Shown one piece after another: positions 56,750 through 64,000 of a DNA stretch of 64,000 bases (position 1 is its first letter; every line of letters begins with the position of its first letter). The notes beneath the pieces are model-generated. The model ran no database searches. It saw only the letters and a list, made by a program, of their open reading frames with translations, and had not been told where the DNA came from. The position numbers and the translations under genes are program-made. This DNA comes from Planctomycetota bacterium. GTDB lineage: Bacteria; Planctomycetota; B15-G4. Location: assembly GCA_965248575.1 (NCBI GenBank), contig CBDFJQ010000002.1, positions 4,128,001-4,192,000 on the forward strand. Reading direction: 5' to 3'.

Positions 56750-57631
56750 CTAGAGGCTGTGGGGCGAAGGCCTGGGGCGTAACGGAATCTGCGTGTCCGC
56801 GATGACGCTGTCGAGCACTTCGAGGATCTCGTCTTTCTGACGCGGCAGGATTCCTCCGATCGGGAGGGAATTGCTCGCGTGGTTGCCGCGGTAGACCGTG
56901 CGGTTCACATCCATGTGTTCCACCATGGTGCGCAGCTCTTGAAGGATGCCGCGGTCATCGGGGAGCACGATCCGGCCCGCCTCGACCTCTTCATGGAACT
57001 TGGTGCCCGGCACCGGAGTGATCGTGAGCGTGGAGACGAAGCGCGGATTCATGGCGGAGACGATGCGCCCGGACTCCACCGCGTGTTCGTGGCTGAGAGC
57101 CGTCCCTCCGATGCCCAGCAGCATGATCACCGACAGCTTGGCGCCGGCGTCCGTGACCCGGCTGGCGGCGTCCACCATCTGCTCGGGTGTGACGCCCTTG
57201 GCGATCATCTCCATCACCTCGGGGTGGCCCGTCTCGGTGCCCAGATAGAAGAGGCGCAAGCCGGCCTCCTTGAGCTGGACGATCTCCTCCACGCTCTTGC
57301 CCAGCAGCGACTGGGGCGAGGCGTAGACGGAGGAGAATTGATAATTGGGGAAGTGATCGCGGATGTCCTGCAGCAGCTCCAGCAAGCGCGGGGTGCGCAT
57401 GATCAGCGCGTCGCCGTCGGCCAGGAAGACGCGGCGAATGGAGCCGGCGCCCAGCTGCCGCTGGGCCAGCGCCATGTCCTCGAGCAGGTCCTCCCGGCTG
57501 CGCTGCCTGAAGCGCTTTTCCAGGTACATGGCGCAGTAGGTGCAGCGGTTGTAGGAGCAGCCGATGGTGGCCTGGAGAATCAGGCTGTCGGCTTCGCTCG
57601 GGGGCCGGTAGACGGTGCCTTCGTATCGCAT
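56750..57631 (-). CDS. Radical SAM protein
   Basis: YRPPSEA, GCSYNRCTYC, FLADGD, NHASN. Confidence 0.9.
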   Translation of the reverse strand: MRYEGTVYRPPSEADSLILQATIGCSYNRCTYCAMYLEKRFRQRSREDLLEDMALAQRQLGAGSIRRVFLADGDALIMRTPRLLELLQDIRDHFPNYQFSSVYASPQSLLGKSVEEIVQLKEAGLRLFYLGTETGHPEVMEMIAKGVTPEQMVDAASRVTDAGAKLSVIMLLGIGGTALSHEHAVESGRIVSAMNPRFVSTLTITPVPGTKFHEEVEAGRIVLPDDRGILQELRTMVEHMDVNRTVYRGNHASNSLPIGGILPRQKDEILEVLDSVIADTQIPLRPRPSPHSL

Positions 57632-57835
57632 GCCGGCATCCTAACCGGCGTCTGAGGCGGCTCCTGTGAGTCTAGGACGACTTGGAAGGACGGCAGCATG
57701 AGGGCAATCGAGGCCGGCGAGCGCCTGCCAGGGCCTTGCCAGAGAGAGGGGAAGCCGAGGATGATCTTCGGCCCAGCTCACGTTCGTGCCGAATGCAACG
57801 TTGTTCTGTGGCTCGAAACCCCCTCGGATGGACCC

Positions 57836-59653
57836 ATGTCTGCCTTGATCCTGACCCTCGCCGTGATGCTCTCCACCAGCCTTCAGACGGGGGCAGAGAA
57901 CCCGGGCAGCGATTGGGGGAGCGCCCACTTCAGCCCCTCCACCCTCATGCTTGGGGGCTACGGGGACATGCTGAGCGGGAGCTGGAGTCGTGAGGGCGTC
58001 CTGGACAGCGGCCAGGTCATGGCTCGCTTCGTCTCCATGCCTGAGGCGACACCGCTGGAGCTCACGAACCTGAAGTATGGGAAGGGCCCCCAGCTCTGGG
58101 CCGAAGCCGAGGGCATGATCGGTGACGTCGAGTTCCGGTCCGTGGCCTTGGGAATCCCCCAGACAGCGCAGGGCGACAAGCGCCTGATCCTGGCCAGCCA
58201 GATACGTCTGGTGAACCCCACATCGGCGCCTGTCCAGGTGCAGCTCGGGGCGGAGCTGTTCGCTTCCCACGACTCCCGGATCCACGGATCCGTAGCTTTC
58301 GAGACCGGTGCGACCTGGACCCTGGACGGTCGCACGCTGCTCAAGGACGGCCGGGCGGCGGCCGGTTGGGTGGGGCCGACGCCGCAGGTGGAGTTGGCGG
58401 CGTCCGCGGATGAACCCGGCGACCCGGCTGCGACCTTCGTCTGGACTCTCGACATCCCAGCGGGTGGCACGACCTTCTTGGAGATCAAGTTGGCCGGCAA
58501 TCCCCCGTCTGATGCATCAGGCGATGCCCAGGACGAGGCGGCCTGGCGTGCCGTCTTTGATCGTCGGGCCTATGCCTATCTGGAGGAGTCGGACCGCTGG
58601 CGCAGCCAGAGTCGCGGGCGCGTGACGACCATGGAGTTCCGTTCGGACATGATGCTGCGCGTTCTGGGCAGCAGTGTGCACACGCTGCGGCAGCAGGGTC
58701 AGGCAGGGAAGTTCCAAGCGGAGCAGTTTTCGGACAACCCCTATGGTGCGCCCGCCACGGACGTAGCGGCGGAGGCAGAGATCCTTGCGGCGCTTACGGA
58801 GTTCGGACTCGAAGAGTTCATTTCGGACTATGTCGCTCGCATGCTCGGCGAGATTCCCCAAGCCTTGGCCACCCTCGACGACGAGCGCAAGGTGGTGTAC
58901 CTGCACTCCTTGGCGCGCATCGTGCGCTTGCACCCCCTGACGATGGGCAGTCCGGAGCTCGCCCAAGCGATTGTCGCGCTGGGAGACCCCGACGTCGCCG
59001 TGGAGCCGTGGCACGATCCGCGCGTCGTGCGCCAGGACATGCTCGGCGTCGTCGCGGCGCTCGGCTTGCCCACGGAGGGCTTGCTGTCGCGCTTGCGCTG
59101 GCCCGAGTTGGAGGAAGGCTCGGTTGCTCACCTGATGCAATCCGCACGCAGGGCGATCGCAAAGCGCGAAGGTGATGTGGCGTGGGTCGCCATGCAACAG
59201 CTGTTCAAGGCGGCGACCACGGACGGCATGGGCAGCATGGACGGTCGCAACATCGACGGCCGCTACGCCCTGGGCATGCTGGCCGTGGGTCGGGCGGCGC
59301 TCATCGATGACCACGGTGATTCTCTCAACCTCTTTCCTGGTAATTGCAGTGGTCTCGTGACGCGCGGTACGCAGATGGACACCACATGGATGCGCACGGC
59401 CTTCGGGCTTGTGAGAGGACGCTCGTACTTCACCGGCAAGGCGCTCGCGGGTGCCTGGATCCTGTTCAAGCCCGAGATCCGACCCGAGCGGATGACGGTG
59501 ACGTTCCCGGCGGGGCTCCACGTGCGCAACATCAAGGGCTCTGCCGATGAATCGGATGTGGAACTCGTCGGCGATCGCCTGGCGGAGATCCACTGGCCCG
59601 AAGTCATCGGCGGTCCCGGGGTTCGCTTCCTGGCCCGGGTGACGGATCTCTAG
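57836..59653 (+). CDS. Secreted hypothetical protein (possibly glycosidase-like fold)
   Basis: Signal peptide, beta-rich N-terminal half, helical middle, LNLFPG..RTAFG near the C-terminus. Confidence 0.6.
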   Translation: MSALILTLAVMLSTSLQTGAENPGSDWGSAHFSPSTLMLGGYGDMLSGSWSREGVLDSGQVMARFVSMPEATPLELTNLKYGKGPQLWAEAEGMIGDVEFRSVALGIPQTAQGDKRLILASQIRLVNPTSAPVQVQLGAELFASHDSRIHGSVAFETGATWTLDGRTLLKDGRAAAGWVGPTPQVELAASADEPGDPAATFVWTLDIPAGGTTFLEIKLAGNPPSDASGDAQDEAAWRAVFDRRAYAYLEESDRWRSQSRGRVTTMEFRSDMMLRVLGSSVHTLRQQGQAGKFQAEQFSDNPYGAPATDVAAEAEILAALTEFGLEEFISDYVARMLGEIPQALATLDDERKVVYLHSLARIVRLHPLTMGSPELAQAIVALGDPDVAVEPWHDPRVVRQDMLGVVAALGLPTEGLLSRLRWPELEEGSVAHLMQSARRAIAKREGDVAWVAMQQLFKAATTDGMGSMDGRNIDGRYALGMLAVGRAALIDDHGDSLNLFPGNCSGLVTRGTQMDTTWMRTAFGLVRGRSYFTGKALAGAWILFKPEIRPERMTVTFPAGLHVRNIKGSADESDVELVGDRLAEIHWPEVIGGPGVRFLARVTDL

Positions 59654-59664
59654 AGGTTCGTCAC

Positions 59665-60744
59665 ATGACCGGAGCGAGACGTCGGGAGCGCATGGCCCGT
59701 GCCCGGCGTGGTGACGACTTCGATGTCCGCATGCTGGACGGGAGCCATGAGGCTTACCGCTATCGCGTGGCGGACGGTGAGGAAGGCATGCGCCTCGATC
59801 AATTCCTGGCGAAGCGCCTGAGCTGGCGCTCACGGACGAGCGCTTGCAAGCTCCTGGATGAAGGATTCGTGGGCCTGGAGGGGCGCAGCGCCCGGGCGTC
59901 GCGCAAGGTCTTCGTGGGCGACATCGTGACCGTGAAGTTGCCCCGGCCGCTACGCGATGAGGCGCTGCTCGCCAAGCCGCAGGAGGAGCGCCAGCTGACG
60001 AGGCTCTACGAGGACGAGCACCTTATCGCCATCGACAAGCCGCCGAACATCCCGGTGCATCCGTCGGGTCGGCTCCTGCACCACACGGTCATCACGGAGC
60101 TCCACAAGCAGTATCGCGACTTCGAGGATCCGACGCGCGACATCGTCCCCAAGCTCTGTCACCGCCTCGACCTGGAAACCGGCGGGGTGTTGCTCGTGGC
60201 GAAGCAGCACCGGGCACTGGTCTTCGTCCAGAGCCAGTTCGAGAAGCGCACCGTGCACAAGGAGTACCTGGTGCTGGTGCACGGCGAGCTGGAGCAGGAG
60301 TCGGGCCTGATCGATCTGCCCATCGGCCCCAACCACGCCGCGGCCGTGCGCAACAGCCGGTCCATTCGACATGACATCGGCCAGGCGTCGCGGACCCAGT
60401 GGCGGGTCGAGCAGCGCTTCGCCGGCTACACCCAGTGCCACATCGTGCTGCTCACCGGGCGCCACCACCAGATCCGCGTGCACATGTCCGCCATCGGGCA
60501 CCCCGTGGTGGGGGACAAGATCTATGGTCGGGACGAAGGGCTCTTCATCCGACACAACCAGCGGATCCTGACGGAAGAGGACCACGCCTTGCTCGAACTG
60601 CCTCATCAGGCGCTTCACAGCCATGCGCTGGAGTTCGAGCACCCCACCAAGGGGCCCATGCGCCTGGAGTCGCCCTGGCCCGAGGATCTTTCCGCCTTCT
60701 GTGGCGGCCTGCCACCCTTCCTTGGCGATCCGCCGATCCGATAA
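59665..60744 (+). CDS. RluA/RluD-family pseudouridine synthase with S4 domain
   Basis: MRLDQFL, IDKP, HRLDLETGG, TGRHHQIRVH, QALH. Confidence 0.93.
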   Translation: MTGARRRERMARARRGDDFDVRMLDGSHEAYRYRVADGEEGMRLDQFLAKRLSWRSRTSACKLLDEGFVGLEGRSARASRKVFVGDIVTVKLPRPLRDEALLAKPQEERQLTRLYEDEHLIAIDKPPNIPVHPSGRLLHHTVITELHKQYRDFEDPTRDIVPKLCHRLDLETGGVLLVAKQHRALVFVQSQFEKRTVHKEYLVLVHGELEQESGLIDLPIGPNHAAAVRNSRSIRHDIGQASRTQWRVEQRFAGYTQCHIVLLTGRHHQIRVHMSAIGHPVVGDKIYGRDEGLFIRHNQRILTEEDHALLELPHQALHSHALEFEHPTKGPMRLESPWPEDLSAFCGGLPPFLGDPPIR

Positions 60745-60753
60745 AGTGCCGGG

Positions 60754-63315
60754 ATGAATGTCCCTGCATGCCGGTTCTCTGTCCTGACGATCGCTCTCCT
60801 CTTCGTTCTTCCGGCCGCTCGCGCGCCGCTGGGGGATGGCTACGGGAAGTTGGTGGCCGCCCAGTCAGCAGCTGCCTCGACCGCCGCCCGAAAGGGCGAG
60901 TACGAGGCTGCGGAGGCGGCCTGGACGGTGTTGCTCGAGTACGACCCCAGCTCCGCCGTGGCGCTCGAGGGCATGGTGGACGCGGCTGCCGGTCGTGAGG
61001 ATGTCGATGCCGAGGCCTTGGCCCTGCGCGAGTTGATCCAGGTCTGGCGCCCGCTGGTGGAGGCCGGGGACAACAAGCTGGCTCGCGAGCTCAAGAAGAT
61101 GGAGCAGCGGCGCAGCGAGATCGACCCCCATGCCGGTGACGCCGCCGAGCTGCTCCAGGACTACCTGGAAGACATGAAGGAACTCGGGGCCGCCTACCTG
61201 GCTGACGGCCTGCACGCCAACGCCATGGTCTGCTGGAGCAAGGTGGCCTCCTTGGTGTCCAAGGGGTCCGTCGACGAAGTGGCAGCGCTGAATGCCATCG
61301 AGACCTGCCTGTTCGAAGGCGGGGACTTCGTTGCGAAGATCGATGTGCCGCGGCGGGAGATCGGCGGCAAGGACGAGGCCTGGATCGCGGCGCACGACAA
61401 GAAGACCGCCAAGTGGAACAAGGCGGCCATGGTGGAGACGCCTCACTACAGGATTCGCACCAACGCTGGCTGGCGCATGCTGATGGCTGCGGCGGGCGCC
61501 ATGGAATCAGTGCACGCCTTCTACCGCGAGATCTGGGGCATCGTGCCGGACCCCGAAGTGGGCCGGCCGGACCCCAGCCTGCGCAACGTCACGGTGCCGC
61601 GCATCGACCTGAACATCTACCGCGAGCGGGAGAACTACCTGAAGCGCTCGGGCGCGCCGGAATGGAGCGGCGGCGTGTTCAAGGGCTCTGAGGTGGCGAC
61701 CTACGACTACAGCGGCGGGACCGATGGGGAGTCCTGGCGGGACAGCATCAAGACGCTGTTCCATGAGGCCAGCCACCAGTTCATGAGCGTGGCCGTGGGC
61801 AACGTCCCGTCGTTCGTGAATGAGGGCATCGCCTGTCTCTTCGAGGGCATCGACATCCTGCCCAACGGCACCATTCGCCGGGATCTGCCCGTCATGTCGC
61901 GGCTGAACGACCTGGAGCAGCGCATTCGCGCCGGGCGCCTGGTGTCCCTGCGCGACGTGATGGACCCCGTGAAGGGCAACGAACCCGATTTCTACGCGCC
62001 TCGCTGGGGGCTCTTCTACTACCTGCGCATGTGTGTGGACGACCAAGGGGCGTACATCTATCGCGAGCTGCTCGAGGACTACATCTACGAGTTCAAGAAG
62101 GGCACGCCCGGCAACACCGTGGAGCACTTCGAAAACTTCTTCCTCGTGCCCACCGCCGACAGCACAGGTGTCGAGAACTTCGATCAGTTCGAGAAGGCCT
62201 GGCGCCAGTGGATCCTGGATCTCAAGCGCAACCTCGGTGAGAAGGACGAGCGCCTCTCCGCCTTCCGCAAGGACGCGCGCATGGCCGGGCTCAAGAAGGA
62301 CCTGGAGACGGCTCTGCGGTTCAATGAGCGCATCCTGGACTTGGAGCCTGAGGACATCGATGCCACGCACGGGGTCGCGGAGACGTGCGAGAAGCTCGGC
62401 AGTCTCGATCGATCCGTGTACATGTACCGGCGTTTCCTCGCCCTCTCCGAGGAAGACGAAAAGCGGCGGCCCAAGGCCGTGTCCCGCATCTCGGCCCTGG
62501 ACCCCCACTCCGGGAGCTGGGACGAAGCCCAGCGCAGCCTGGTGGGAGGGATGGCGGGTCTGGCCCAGAAATACGCGGCGGCCGAGATGCCGCTGATGGC
62601 CATGCGCGTGGGGCACGATGTGCTCGAGCTGAATGCCTTCGAGGCGTCGGCCCGGGCGCTGGTCGATCGGCTGGAGCGCGAGACGGGCAAGAGCGTCATC
62701 CGCTGGGAGCGGCTGTTCAACGGCTTCGATCTGGACGGCTGGCGTTCGCCGGGGGGCGAGGGCCCGTACTACGTCACCCGGGGCGGAGATCTCAAGGCTG
62801 ACTACTCCCGGGTCTACGACAAGGACCGGCCCACGGGCGAGGATGCCGGGGTGTCGCTCTACCGCAACCTCTTCCTGGACCGTGCCGTCCAAGGGGACTG
62901 GAGCCTGGAGGCGCGCATCAGCGCTGACGACGATTGGGAGATCACGGGCCTCTGCTTCGGGGCCAAGGACGCCGACCACTTCGAGGCGATCGTGTTGCGC
63001 AAGACGGGCAAGGGCACCCTGCAGAACGTCGACTTCGGTTCCTTCGATGGCGACTGGAACTTCCGGGGCGATGGGTCCTACAAGGCCGACTACGACATCC
63101 ACTCCAAGGACGGGGTGATGTTGCGCATCGACGTCAAGGCCAAGGAGGTCTTCGTGACCCTCGACGGCGAGCCACTCAATGTCGTCGTGGATGGCAAGGA
63201 TCGCGAGTCCATCGCTTACCCTGCTGGCGCACTGCGGGGCGATGTGGGTCTGCTCGTATCGCGCGGTGTGACCGGCTTTCAGGACATTCGCTTGCTCGCC
63301 AGCAAGGCGCGCTGA
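60754..63315 (+). CDS. Secreted TPR + HExxH peptidase (DUF1570-like) + DUF1080-like domain protein
   Basis: LFHEASHQF..FVNEGIA, TPR-like helices, WERLFNGFDLDGW. Confidence 0.7.
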   Translation: MNVPACRFSVLTIALLFVLPAARAPLGDGYGKLVAAQSAAASTAARKGEYEAAEAAWTVLLEYDPSSAVALEGMVDAAAGREDVDAEALALRELIQVWRPLVEAGDNKLARELKKMEQRRSEIDPHAGDAAELLQDYLEDMKELGAAYLADGLHANAMVCWSKVASLVSKGSVDEVAALNAIETCLFEGGDFVAKIDVPRREIGGKDEAWIAAHDKKTAKWNKAAMVETPHYRIRTNAGWRMLMAAAGAMESVHAFYREIWGIVPDPEVGRPDPSLRNVTVPRIDLNIYRERENYLKRSGAPEWSGGVFKGSEVATYDYSGGTDGESWRDSIKTLFHEASHQFMSVAVGNVPSFVNEGIACLFEGIDILPNGTIRRDLPVMSRLNDLEQRIRAGRLVSLRDVMDPVKGNEPDFYAPRWGLFYYLRMCVDDQGAYIYRELLEDYIYEFKKGTPGNTVEHFENFFLVPTADSTGVENFDQFEKAWRQWILDLKRNLGEKDERLSAFRKDARMAGLKKDLETALRFNERILDLEPEDIDATHGVAETCEKLGSLDRSVYMYRRFLALSEEDEKRRPKAVSRISALDPHSGSWDEAQRSLVGGMAGLAQKYAAAEMPLMAMRVGHDVLELNAFEASARALVDRLERETGKSVIRWERLFNGFDLDGWRSPGGEGPYYVTRGGDLKADYSRVYDKDRPTGEDAGVSLYRNLFLDRAVQGDWSLEARISADDDWEITGLCFGAKDADHFEAIVLRKTGKGTLQNVDFGSFDGDWNFRGDGSYKADYDIHSKDGVMLRIDVKAKEVFVTLDGEPLNVVVDGKDRESIAYPAGALRGDVGLLVSRGVTGFQDIRLLASKAR

Positions 63316-63336
63316 CGCACACGAGGGATATCGTTC

Positions 63337-64000
63337 ATGGACCTTTTCTCCACCAGTGACCACGTGGTTGTCTGCGGCTACGGGAGCACGGGGACGTTCG
63401 TCGCGCGGGACCTGAAGGCCGAGGGCGTCCCCTTGGTCATCGTGGACCGCTCGTCAGAACGCGTCAGCCTGGCAGGCGAGGATGGGCATCTCACGCTCCT
63501 GGGCGATGTGCTCGTGCCCGAGGTGTTGAAGGAGGCCGGGATCGAACGCGCGCGTGGAGTGATCTTCGTGCTGCCCTCGGAGAGCGACAACCTCTTCGCC
63601 ACCATGAGTGCCCGGGAGCTGAACCCCGACATCTTCATCATCGCGCGACACAGCTCGGACCACGCGCGCGACAAGTTGTTGCGCGCCGGGGCGGACCGCG
63701 CCGTGAATCCCCTGGAAGAGACGGGTCGGCGGATCGGCGATGAGATCGTGCGCCCCGCCGTGATCGACCTGATGCGCATCTTCAAGGACGAAGAGCAAGG
63801 TGGCAGTGATGATGTGCGTGTGCGCGAGGTCAAGGTCGAGACCGGCAGCTCCTTGATCGGTCAGTCCCTCAAGGATGCTGAGATCCGCGCGAAGATGGAC
63901 ATCATGGTGATCGCCATGCGCAAGAGCGGCGCGAGTACGCGCTTCAACCCCGACCCGGCCCGACCCATGGAAGCCGGGGATGTTCTCGTATGCATGGGGC
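63337..64000 (+). CDS. RCK (TrkA-N/TrkA-C) domain protein, 3' truncated by window edge
   Basis: Missing from the ORF track (no stop in window); reads MDLFSTSDHVVVCGYGSTG..., AGIERARG, SARELNP, AGAD, FNP. Confidence 0.85.
   Translation, partial: MDLFSTSDHVVVCGYGSTGTFVARDLKAEGVPLVIVDRSSERVSLAGEDGHLTLLGDVLVPEVLKEAGIERARGVIFVLPSESDNLFATMSARELNPDIFIIARHSSDHARDKLLRAGADRAVNPLEETGRRIGDEIVRPAVIDLMRIFKDEEQGGSDDVRVREVKVETGSSLIGQSLKDAEIRAKMDIMVIAMRKSGASTRFNPDPARPMEAGDVLVCMG

Overview
High-GC, gene-dense bacterial chromosome segment. The gene content (DUF1080, ASPIC/UnbV and FG-GAP proteins, a DUF1570-like peptidase, carboxypeptidase-regulatory-like secreted proteins) suggests Planctomycetota; this is an inference. 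Housekeeping blocks are hemN-hemG, arsR-acr3, serA-serB plus a class V aminotransferase, tesA/ybbA-ybbP, nsrR-globin-GT2, phoA, cutC-recD2, and an RluA-family gene. No rRNA, tRNA, CRISPR array, transposase or integrase was recognised. The most interesting region is an ~8 kb variable island (39666-47651) between the convergent 3' ends of ybbP and a GT2 glycosyltransferase gene. (1) Its left part is an integron cassette array with no integrase in the window (CALIN). It has three homologous attC sites, one degenerate attC and a probable collapsed micro-cassette, and it carries a Lit/U49-like HExxH protease and two small membrane proteins. Its ends look like integration at a GNT secondary site. 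(2) Its right part is a set of cargo modules, each followed by a diverged fragment of the flanking GT2 gene. This suggests repeated homology-anchored capture at that gene. (3) Both flanking gene ends show a visible loss of C-ending codons. All family assignments come from motif recognition by eye, with no database searches.
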